From a virus (Duplodnaviria > Caudoviricetes), in IMG/VR virus record IMGVR_UViG_3300037067_011569, positions 26,362 through 90,361 of that record: a stretch of 64,000 bases of DNA; one strand, 5' to 3'. Each line of letters opens with the position of its first letter. The first letter of the stretch is position 1. A program made the position numbers and the translations under genes. The notes under the pieces were generated by a model. The model was not told where the DNA came from, made no database searches, and worked only from the letters and a program-made list of their open reading frames with translations. Positions 50,021 through 59,800 of this stretch are shown in pieces.

Positions 50021-50671
50021 ATGATCTCTCTTGACCAAATCGACAGCAAAGAATTGAAAGTGGCAGTAACCCAGATTAATGAAACCGCGCTTGTCGAAAA
50101 GATGCGTACAGTTGGTGTGTCGAAAGCCGATCAGATTAAGAAATTTACCGAAGCTTTTGATACTTTGCAGCAAACAAATCTTGCTGTATTGCAGGAGAAG
50201 TGTAAAGATGCAATCCTGTTTTACAATAAGATTTACGCTGATGAAGTTGAAGGTGGTGGGACCACTGAAGAAACAAAAGAAGAGCCTGTAGTAGAAGAGA
50301 AGAAAGAAGAGAAACCTGCTAAGGAAAAGAAAGAAAAGAAAGAGAAAGTTGAAAAGCCTGCAAAAGAACCTAAGTCCGTGAAAGAGAAAGTCGAAAAAGT
50401 AAAGGAAGAAAGAGTTAGTAGAAAGGGACAGACACCTGATCAGATCACAGAAACTGCGGGTAAGCGTTATGAGCTTATGAGTAAACTCGTGGGTGAAGGG
50501 AAGTACACAAAGAAAGAGATTGTGGAGCTTGTTAGAAAAGAATTCCCTGCAATATCTTCTATCACTATTGTCACCAATCTCACTGACAGCAAGAACCCGA
50601 AGTATAATAAACTTTCGAAGCTTGCCTCTGAAGTAGAGAAAGACGGAAAGAAGATTTTCGTTTTCGCTTAA
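50021..50671 (+). CDS. DSKNP-domain protein, paralog 3, inside the que cluster
   Basis: KE-rich linker then EGKYTKKEI...TDSKNPKY; own extended -10 element upstream. Confidence 0.8.
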   Translation: MISLDQIDSKELKVAVTQINETALVEKMRTVGVSKADQIKKFTEAFDTLQQTNLAVLQEKCKDAILFYNKIYADEVEGGGTTEETKEEPVVEEKKEEKPAKEKKEKKEKVEKPAKEPKSVKEKVEKVKEERVSRKGQTPDQITETAGKRYELMSKLVGEGKYTKKEIVELVRKEFPAISSITIVTNLTDSKNPKYNKLSKLASEVEKDGKKIFVFA

Positions 50672-50687
50672 TCCCAATGCATTAAAA

Positions 50688-50723
50688 ATTGTAGATAGTG
50701 GCGATATCGCCACTATCTACAAT
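50688..50723. promoter_or_regulatory. Perfect 36-bp palindrome
   Basis: ATTGTAGATAGTGGCGAT|ATCGCCACTATCTACAAT. Confidence 0.8.
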
Positions 50724-50734
50724 AAGGAGTAATC

Positions 50735-51937
50735 ATGTGTAGTATCTGCGGGGGAACCAAATGGGACTACATAGCAGAACATATATGGGAAGAATCAAAA
50801 GATAGAGGAAGAGACGATTCTGGAATTAAGAAGTTGCCAAATGGATCTTGGATTGGTAATCATAGAGCAACACCTACAACAGAGATTGAAAAGCCGACAG
50901 AAAGGCAACCAGTAGGCTATGATCCTTATATAGTTTTTAATGGCATGATTGCTAATGACGATGCACTTGGAGCAAGACCCGGCGAAGCTGATACTTCTGT
51001 TTTGCCAAGAGTTTTAGATTTTTCTTCTTTGGAAGAATTTCATTATAGTCTAAAACAAATAATGGGCTCCTACGCAATAGGTGCAATGTTTAAAGATGGT
51101 GAGATTTGGCTTGCTTGTAATTATAAACCTATTTGGATTCTTGAATATCCAAAGAATTTTTATTTCTCTTCTCTTCGTCAGCATTTTCCAATAGAAGTTA
51201 GAAGATTAGCCTATCGAATGAACCCTTACTCAGTAAGAATCCTTGAAGATTTCAGATCATCAATTAAAATAGAAAGAAAACAGTTTGATTCTGCCCTAGT
51301 TATTTGCTCTTCTGGGCTAGATTCAACTTCTGTTGCTTCGTATGTTGCACAAAAACATTCCAAAGCTACTCTTCTTCACTTTGATTACAACTGTAAAGCA
51401 GGATCTAAAGAAAAGAGCAGTATTGTAAACATAGCGGAGTACCTGGGATGTGATTACAAAATACTAACTATCCCCCCTGTTTTATTTGGTGATTCTTCCC
51501 CTATAATGAACAACGAACTAAAGATATCTGAGGGAAAATCAGGGGTGGAATATGCACATGAATGGGTGCCAGCTAGAAACTTGATTATGTTATCAATGGC
51601 TGTAGGTTACGCTGAAGCATACAATTACGGACATATCTATCTTGGAACAAACTTGGAAGAATCAGGTGCATATCCTGATAATGAAGAACAATTTATTCTT
51701 GATTTCAAAGGTTTGCTGTGGGGAGCAGTACAAGAAGGAGTTAAGATTCAAGTACATACACCACTTGGCGGACTTATGAAACATGAAATAGTTAAGTTCG
51801 GGTTAAAGTACAATGCACCTTTTCATCTTACTTGGTCATGCTACGAAGGAGGAGATAAACATTGCGGAAAGTGTGGTCCATGCTTTATGAGGAAAACTGC
51901 ATTTGAAAGAAACGGAATGGTAGACCCAGTATTTTAA
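50735..51937 (+). CDS. queC: Glutamine amidotransferase-QueC fusion (Gat-QueC)
   Basis: N-terminal MCSICG Ntn Cys, RGRD, FNG; SSGLDS; VPARNL; YPD; TWSCY...HCGKCGPC. Confidence 0.93.
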   Translation: MCSICGGTKWDYIAEHIWEESKDRGRDDSGIKKLPNGSWIGNHRATPTTEIEKPTERQPVGYDPYIVFNGMIANDDALGARPGEADTSVLPRVLDFSSLEEFHYSLKQIMGSYAIGAMFKDGEIWLACNYKPIWILEYPKNFYFSSLRQHFPIEVRRLAYRMNPYSVRILEDFRSSIKIERKQFDSALVICSSGLDSTSVASYVAQKHSKATLLHFDYNCKAGSKEKSSIVNIAEYLGCDYKILTIPPVLFGDSSPIMNNELKISEGKSGVEYAHEWVPARNLIMLSMAVGYAEAYNYGHIYLGTNLEESGAYPDNEEQFILDFKGLLWGAVQEGVKIQVHTPLGGLMKHEIVKFGLKYNAPFHLTWSCYEGGDKHCGKCGPCFMRKTAFERNGMVDPVF

Positions 51938-51946
51938 GGAGTTTCA

Positions 51947-52513
51947 GTGAGAACACGAAATATAAGAAAGTTCCTATCTGAAGACCTGGGTCTTGATCTT
52001 ACTGACCCAAACTTGAAAGATACACCAAATAGAATATATAAAATGTTTTCAGAGGAGTTATTGTGTAACTCTGATTGTGAGTTTCCTGGATTTACAACAT
52101 TTCCTAACACAAAAAAATATGATCAGATAGTTGGCTTGGAGCTTATAGAGTTTGTCTCTGTATGTTCTCACCATTTTATTCCTTTCTATGGAACTGCTTG
52201 GTTCTACTATATTCCTAGATATGAATTGGTAGGAGCAAGTAAACCTGCACGTTGCATTCTTCATTATGCAAAAAGACCACAACTCCAAGAAACTTTGTGC
52301 CATGATGTTCTAAACAAATTTATGGAATTAGTTCGTCCGATAGGTGCAATGATCTATTTGAGTGGTAAGCATGGTTGCATGTCACATAGGGGAGTGAAAC
52401 AACCAAATATGCAAATGTCCACAAGTGCGGTAGCTGGTGCATTTAGAACAGAAAAAGAAATGGAATCAAAAGCATTACAGATGATTCAAATATCTCTCCT
52501 GCACAACAAATAG
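51947..52513 (+). CDS. folE: GTP cyclohydrolase I
   Basis: DTPNR, SVCSHHF, GASK, RPQLQE, HGCMSHRG. Confidence 0.93.
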   Translation: MRTRNIRKFLSEDLGLDLTDPNLKDTPNRIYKMFSEELLCNSDCEFPGFTTFPNTKKYDQIVGLELIEFVSVCSHHFIPFYGTAWFYYIPRYELVGASKPARCILHYAKRPQLQETLCHDVLNKFMELVRPIGAMIYLSGKHGCMSHRGVKQPNMQMSTSAVAGAFRTEKEMESKALQMIQISLLHNK

Positions 52514-52526
52514 AAAAGGAATTATA

Positions 52527-53057
52527 ATGACAGAGGATTTAAAACCCAATACTTTTGGCTGCAATATATCATTTGAAAAAGTCCCAAATACTCAATATAA
52601 TCAACCATATACGAATATATTGGAATGTTTTCCAAACGAGTTTCCAGATAGACCCTATGCAATCAAGATTGATTACGAAGATTTTTCTTTTATACAACCT
52701 AGCACTAATTTACATAACCTAGCAGTGATTGAAATAAGTTATGTTCCACAAAAGCTTTGCTTAGAAACTGAATCATTATCAAGTTATTTATTTGCATATA
52801 AAGATCATGAAGACTATTTGGAAACTATTGTTAACACAATTTATCAAGATATTTGCAACAGAATTGATCCTTTGCACTTGCAAGTAAAAGCAGAACTTGA
52901 TGAAAGAGAAGGAATAGGACTATCAATAGTTGTGGACAGTGATTATGTGAATGCAATGAATAATCTAATAAGGAATCAACAAAAAGAAAACATAGAAGAT
53001 GATAAGCCCATGGCAAATGCTGAGTTTCTTGATAAGTTACTTAACGGGAAGGAATAA
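52527..53057 (+). CDS. QueF-fold protein with degenerate active site
   Basis: Ungapped match to the QueF pattern (LE.FPN...DR.Y...ISY.P...E..SL..YL), but the catalytic Cys and Asp are replaced. Confidence 0.8.
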   Translation: MTEDLKPNTFGCNISFEKVPNTQYNQPYTNILECFPNEFPDRPYAIKIDYEDFSFIQPSTNLHNLAVIEISYVPQKLCLETESLSSYLFAYKDHEDYLETIVNTIYQDICNRIDPLHLQVKAELDEREGIGLSIVVDSDYVNAMNNLIRNQQKENIEDDKPMANAEFLDKLLNGKE

Positions 53058-53322
53058 TGATGCCATTCTATATCATGGAACAAGTCAAATTAGATATAGT
53101 ATCAAATCATGAGATAGAAAGAAGAAATATTACTTGGGGTGATATTATGTATATAGTTTTCTTTGGTGTATTATTTCTTGCTATTGAATTTGCAATAAGC
53201 TTTTACGATTGGTTGCAAGAAAAAGCAACGGAGTAAACTATGCCATTCATCTTTGGGTTTATACTCGGGAGCATTTTTGGTATTGTTTTGGTGTGTTGTT
53301 GTGTAATTTCAAGGTGGAAACA

Positions 53323-54195
53323 ATGAAAGTAATACTTGATAGTGGTGCTTTCAGTGCCTGGATGAAACAAACAGAGATAGATATAGAGGCTTACGCCAAT
53401 TTCTGTTTGGCCAATCTTGATCACATAGATTACATTGTTAATCTTGATGTTATTCCAGGTAAGTGGGGAGAGAAAAAACTAACACAAGAACAAGTTATCG
53501 CTTCTGCAAAGAAAGGATGGGAAAATTATCGTTACTTAGTAAACAAGGGACTTCCAAAAGAAAAGATAATTCATGTATTCCATCAAGATGAACCTTTTTC
53601 TGTGTTAGAAAGAATGGTATATGAATTTGATTATATTGGATTAGCACCCTCAAAAGATAGAACAACACAAGAGAAAATTCAGTTCCTTGATGTTTGCATG
53701 AATTATGTTTGTCACTCGGATGGAATGCCAAAGATCAAGTTTCATGGATTTGGTGTAACATCTATGCCTATTTTGTTTAGATTTCCTTGGTTTAGTTGTG
53801 ACAGTACCTCCTGGGTTAAGTTCGGGAAGTATGGGATAGTTCTATTCCCAAAAAGAAAATACGGAAAGTATCGTTATGACTTATCGCCATATACAATCAA
53901 AGTTTCTTCACGCTCACCTGCTAAAGCAAAAGCAGACAAGCACATAGATACCATGTCACCTACAGAGAATGATTGGTTTGTATCTATGATTGAAGAAAAA
54001 GGATTCAAGCTTGGACAAAGCTTCTTTGAAACTAATGAGAAAGGGAAACAAGTTGAAATAGTAAAAGAAGAAGGATTATCTAATAGTGGTGTGCAAAGAG
54101 ATAGATGGAATCTTTTGTATTATCTTAATATAGAACAAAGTGTTCCAAAGTGGCCTTGGGCCTTCAAATTTGAAGATAAACACACATTATTCTAA
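53323..54195 (+). CDS. dpdA: DpdA/TGT-like DNA base-exchange enzyme
   Basis: Start reassigned to 53323; ILDSGAFSAW, NLDVIPG, HVFH, HGFG, SCDSTSW; in a preQ0 cluster. Confidence 0.82.
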   Translation: MKVILDSGAFSAWMKQTEIDIEAYANFCLANLDHIDYIVNLDVIPGKWGEKKLTQEQVIASAKKGWENYRYLVNKGLPKEKIIHVFHQDEPFSVLERMVYEFDYIGLAPSKDRTTQEKIQFLDVCMNYVCHSDGMPKIKFHGFGVTSMPILFRFPWFSCDSTSWVKFGKYGIVLFPKRKYGKYRYDLSPYTIKVSSRSPAKAKADKHIDTMSPTENDWFVSMIEEKGFKLGQSFFETNEKGKQVEIVKEEGLSNSGVQRDRWNLLYYLNIEQSVPKWPWAFKFEDKHTLF

Positions 54196-54627
54196 GGAGT
54201 AAACTCATGTGTATTTGTGGGAATGTTGACAAGATTATAAAGAAAAGAAATGAACTTATCAAAGAGTATGGCCCCTTTGCTAAGTGGCCCGAAGGAGTAA
54301 AAGAAGAGTTTTACGAATACAGAGAAATTATGGGAAAAGGTTGCATTGCTGGTAATTAGGAGAAGAGATGATAAAGTGTCCTGTATGTGGATGTGCAAAA
54401 ATGATTTGGGATAAAGAAACCCCAGTAGATATAGGCATGTATTACTATTGGGATTTAGAGATGTTGAAGAAAGATCAAATATTAACGGTACAGATTTGTA
54501 AAACTATGGCAGGAAATCTTGTGGCGGAAACACTTACTTCAAGTTCTGATCTTTACTTTTATAGTCCAGTAGAGATGTTGAAAGGTGAATGGATTGGGCC
54601 TTTGCCCTTGCCTAGAAAGAGAAAGTA

Positions 54628-54807
54628 ATGAACCTATATCTGGCGGGAAACTTTCCATGGTTAAAAAATCCAGAACTTGAAAAAGAAGGAAGGAGACTAA
54701 TCGAATCTCAAGGACTTGAATATAAAAGATTAGTTTCTTTCTACTTCCTTGAAGATGTGGAAACAATTTTAAAGGTGAAGAGGGAGAATATAAATGGCAA
54801 GCATTAA
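54628..54807 (+). CDS. 59-aa ORF resembling the N-terminal segment of DpdA-like proteins
   Basis: MNLYLAG...RLVSFYF; not in the supplied ORF track (<60 aa). Confidence 0.45.
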   Translation: MNLYLAGNFPWLKNPELEKEGRRLIESQGLEYKRLVSFYFLEDVETILKVKRENINGKH

Positions 54808-54998
54808 AATAAAAATGAAAGATGGAACAGTTAAAGACTTTCCACATACACCTAGACCTGGTGGAAGTTATACAAAAACAATAAAATATGTACCGGGATT
54901 TGTTGTTATAACTGATGAATACTACAGAGAAACAGCAATTCCAACTGACTTGATAGAAGAGGTAATAACAATACCTGATAGATACTAGGAGAATATAG

Positions 54999-56060
54999 AT
55001 GGAAGTTATTAGAAAAGATTTATTGGCCATATTAGATGTTCTTAAGCCTGCTGTTGCTAAAAAAGAAATAATTTGTCAGCAACAACATGTGATATTTATG
55101 GGCAGTTACGCAGGAACTATAAACGGACAAATAATAATAACACATCCATTTGAAACAAACTTCAAGACCTCAGTAAAGTTTAACGACCTGCAAAAGATAC
55201 TTGCCAGTAGTGGTGACGAAAAGATAAACATCATAGTGGAAGAGGCAAGAATGAAGATACTTGCCTCAGATACTAAAGCAAGTCTTAATACAGTAGTAGA
55301 TCCAAAAGATAAGATTGAAGAAATGCTTGATTCCTTGATGAAGAGCGATATGAAAGACTGGAAGAAAACTCCAGAAGACTTAGCTGATGCATTGTACCTT
55401 TGTGCATTCTCAGCAAGCAGGAATCAAAATGATCTTGTTCTTACGACAGTATCTATCAATGGTGACAAAGCTGCATCGTCCGACAAAGTAAGAACAAGTA
55501 TCTATAAGATGAAGGGAAGTATTGCGCCTTTCTTGATATCTGCACCTGATGCACAAGAGTTGAGCCAATTCACCATTACTGAATATTGCATATCTGAAAA
55601 TTGGTTGCACTTCAAAACAGATAACGGAGCTACTTTCTCAGCAAGAAAGTACAATGGAGATCATCTTCCTTTTGAGAAGTTGTTTAGTGGATTGTATGGT
55701 GATAGGCAGATGTTCAATCTGCCCGTATCATTAAAGGAAGCTGTATCAGTTGTGTCCGCACTTATAGATAACACAACTGATAGTAACCAATTCATCACGT
55801 TAGAGTTTAAGACTGATGGGACTATCATTTGTAAGACTGAAAGAGAAAGAGGGAGTATTGAAAAGATAGTCAAGTCTGAATACAAAGGCAAAGAAATTAT
55901 GATTAACATTAATCCTTCTTTCTTGCAACAAATTCTTGAGAAGTCTACTGATATGAGTTTGCACCAATTGAAACGTGGTGAAGGCATGATTGTTGATGTA
56001 GCACAATTCATATCTGGTGAGTTCAGGCATATAATATTGCTCCCACTTGTAAAGAGGTGA
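54999..56060 (+). CDS. DNA sliding clamp (DnaN-like)
   Basis: 353 aa, three repeated domains; DL...L..L...V, A.SSD..R, ININPSFLQQIL. Confidence 0.75.
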   Translation: MEVIRKDLLAILDVLKPAVAKKEIICQQQHVIFMGSYAGTINGQIIITHPFETNFKTSVKFNDLQKILASSGDEKINIIVEEARMKILASDTKASLNTVVDPKDKIEEMLDSLMKSDMKDWKKTPEDLADALYLCAFSASRNQNDLVLTTVSINGDKAASSDKVRTSIYKMKGSIAPFLISAPDAQELSQFTITEYCISENWLHFKTDNGATFSARKYNGDHLPFEKLFSGLYGDRQMFNLPVSLKEAVSVVSALIDNTTDSNQFITLEFKTDGTIICKTERERGSIEKIVKSEYKGKEIMININPSFLQQILEKSTDMSLHQLKRGEGMIVDVAQFISGEFRHIILLPLVKR

Positions 56061-56854
56061 TATATGGGATATTCAGAAAAAGAAGATATGGTTAGAGTTG
56101 ATTTTTTCAAAGAGGGTGGAAAGTGGTATTGCACCGAAGCTGTAAGATGGACAGGTTGTTATCGTAATGAAGGAGACGATTTCTGTTCAATTCATGATGC
56201 TTTCAAGCAATCCCTTAGGGATCACCTAGGAGGACATAGACTAAGTGAAATGATCGCTGTTTGTCTTGAGCCTTATCATGAACATTCACATCCAATTATG
56301 ATTAAGGTTAGATCAATCTGGGAGGGATAATATGAATGGTAGAACTGCAAAACAAATAAGAAGAATGGCAATGATGACTATGGTTGATGAAAAGAATAAA
56401 GACCATAGACTTACAATGGAACCAAGATACAAAAAGAACAGTATAACAGGTCAAGTTGCTTTGTTTGGTTGCTTCAAAGCTTTTATAGTGGCAGTAAAGA
56501 AGATGAAAAAAAGACAGGAACAATTTATTCTTTCTATTTATACTCCAACAAGATTCAGTAAGACAATGAAGATTTGGCAAAGTGGAAAGAACAAGAAAAG
56601 TAAGAGGGTGAAATAATGACTACTTACATTATTGCATACGTTTTATTTGGTTTTGTTATTTTTATATTTACTTTGTATAAAAGATATAAGGAAGAACTTC
56701 ATGACTATGGAAAAATAATTGAAGAGGATGATTTTATTTTTACAGGATTTGTAGGTGCAGCTATTATGATTTTATGGCCACTAATGGTTGTGTTCGCAAT
56801 TATTACGTCAATAGCTAACTTTATTGGGAAGTTAATGACAAAAGGAAAGAAATA

Positions 56855-59800
56855 ATGCTAGGCTTCTTTTCAATAAAAGAAGTTATGGACGCTTCTGCTA
56901 CTTCTGCTCCCACTGAACCTAACTGTAGTGAGTGTGGTTTGTTCAGATATGTTAAATCACCTAAGATGCCCTACAGTGGGGAAGGCAGAAAGAAGATAGT
57001 AATAATAGCGGAGTGTCCCGGTGAGATAGAAGATAATTACAATCGACAATTAGTTGGGACTACTGGTGATTGGCTTTATCATAAACTACAAAGTTATGGA
57101 TACGATCTCTATAAAGATTTCTGGCTTATTAATTCAGTTAATTGTAGATGTATTGACGAAAAAGGATCAAATAGAAATCCAACACCTCTTGAAGTCAATC
57201 ACTGTCGTCCCTATGTTGAATCTGTACTCAATCAACTACAACCAAAAGCTATTCTGATGTTTGGAGAAGCTACATGTAGGAGTTTCTTTTCATCATATTT
57301 TGGTAACAACATTCAAATATCACAATGGGAGAGTCTAGCAATACCAAGCAGAAAACACAATGCTTGGTTGCTTCCTTTGTTTCATCCTCAATATGCAATA
57401 AGAAATCAGAAAGATGAAAATCTACAAGCTTACTTCGACATCTCATTAAGGAATGCCCTTGATAAGACAGAAGAACCTTTTCCTGTATTTGACGATTACA
57501 CAACAAAAATAAAGAACCTTTACAATATTGATGATATTTGCTCATTACTCCAAAATGTAATAGATACACAACCACCCTTACTGTTTCATGACTATGAAAC
57601 ATCGGGGATTAAGCCCCACAAACCAGGTCACAAAATAGCTTCAATGTCATTTGCATTAACACCTGATATTGCTTATTCATTTCCATATCAATATCGACAC
57701 TATTACACAAAAGAACAACAGATAAGAATAAAGTCTTTGTGGAGAAAGATTTTATCTAATCCAAAGATAGGCAAAGCTGCACATGGTTTGAAGTTTGAAT
57801 ACAGTTGGGGAAAGAATATTTTTGGTGTAGAAATGCAAGGCAGACAATGGTGTACAATGGATGCTGCACATATTGAAGATGGTAGATTCAAATACACAGG
57901 CCTAAAGAAACAAGCATTTATACACTTTGGTATTCCTCCCTACAACAATCACATTGAACCGTATTTGGAATCAACAGATTCTAATGGATTTAATCGAGTC
58001 GATGAAATTGACTTAGAAGAACTTTTAACGTATGGAAACTATGATTCCTTGCTTGGACGAAGGCTAATAGAAGTACAGAAGAGAACTCTTGATGATCATC
58101 ACGAAGTGGGATGTGGATCTCTTAAAGAGGCAAGAGAGTTTTTTCTCGAAGTAGGTAAGTGTTATATGGAAATGTCAGAAAGGGGCTTTCCATCTGATAT
58201 TGAATATTACAAGAAGGAGAAACAAAGAATCCAAACAAGAATTGCTGAACTGAAAGAGGAGATAAGAAACAGTGAAGAGGCCAAGTCTTTTTTTAGGGCA
58301 ATGGGAAGAGAAGTAAAGATCGGTAAGCAATTGTCAGATGATGATCTTAGGGTAATACTATTTGACATTATGAAGTTGCCGCCACACAAGTTAACAGATA
58401 GTGGCAACAAAGTTAGTGTTGACTCTGATTCTCTTGAACGAATTGACCTTCCATTTGTTACATCTGTAGTAGACTTGAAACACAATGTAAAGGTTGATAG
58501 TAATTATATCAACGGATTCATAAGAGAGACAGCATTAGGAGCTATTCATTGTAGTATTAACTTACATATTCCACGTTCATTGCGCTCCTCGGTAGACTCT
58601 CCAAATTTACAAAACGTGCCAACCCGTGAAGAAATGGCAAAGAAATCTACTAGAAGTGGAATGTTTCCAAGTAAAGGTAGACAATTGCTATTTGCAGACT
58701 TCAAAGGCATAGAAGTTTGTGTTGCTGCAATGTATTCTGGTGATAAGAATCTCATACGATACATAACAGATCCAACATCAGATATGCACAAAGACAAAGC
58801 TTCCGAGTTGTGGGTATTAGATCATGATAGAGTATCAAAAGACATAAGATTCTATGCCAAGAATAAATGGGTCTTTGCTCAGTTTTATGGTGATTGGTAT
58901 GGAGCATGTGCAGAGCAATTGTGGTTCTTTTGTTTGCATTTGAAAACCACTGATGGAGTAAAACTTGAAGATCATCTTATTAATATTGGGATGATATCAA
59001 GAAACGATCACCCAAGTAAACAACTTGAAAGCTTTAAGCAGCATTGCAAAACAGTTGAACATAAGATGTGGAATGAGCAGTTTGGTGCAATGAAAGAATG
59101 GCAAATCAATCTAGGGAAAGAATATAGAAAGAAAGGTTACGTTACTTTGAAACATGGGTTTAGAAGGGGTGGATTGCAAAGTATGAATCAAATTGGGAAT
59201 ACCCCAATTCAAGGTTGTTTGCAAGGAGGAGTTTTAGTGCAAACAAACAAAGGATGGGTGCCCATTAAGAAACTGGTTGATGTAGAAACAGAGGTGTGGA
59301 CTGGATTTAATTGGGCCAAAGCAATTGGCATTAACAGAGGGGAATCAAAACTTGCAATAATTGAACTTGAATCAGGATTGGAAATTCATTGTGATGTACG
59401 ACATAGGCTTAAAAATGTTAGAAATGAATGGGTTGATTTTAATAAATTGTGTGTAGGTGATTATGTGGCCTTGCCTAGAATATCTTTTGAAAGAATTGAG
59501 TCAAGAAAAGAAATAACATGGCCTTTTGTGTTAGGATTCATAATAGGAGATGGTTGTTTTTGTTCTAGATATAATAAAGGTGGCACTAAGGCACAATATT
59601 ATTTAAGTATATATGGAGATGAAGTAAAAAAGGAAGTATTAGAACAAATGTCATCATTTTTAAACAGTGAAGGATTTAATTCTAAAATCAGAACCATCGA
59701 AGAAGTTGGATACAATGATAAGTATTCCATAGATATTTATCAGAATAAAATCTTTGATAAATTAACTACTTTTGGCATGGAGGTTGATCTTAAAGCTAAA

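Noticed and set aside
49868-50713. 281-aa hydrophobic minus-strand ORF
   Set aside because: Antisense shadow of the KE-rich 50021-50671 gene
53209-53322. N-terminal extension of dpdA in the ORF track
   Set aside because: Better SD at 53323, and the region is occupied by a short membrane-peptide ORF in another frame (53240-53326)
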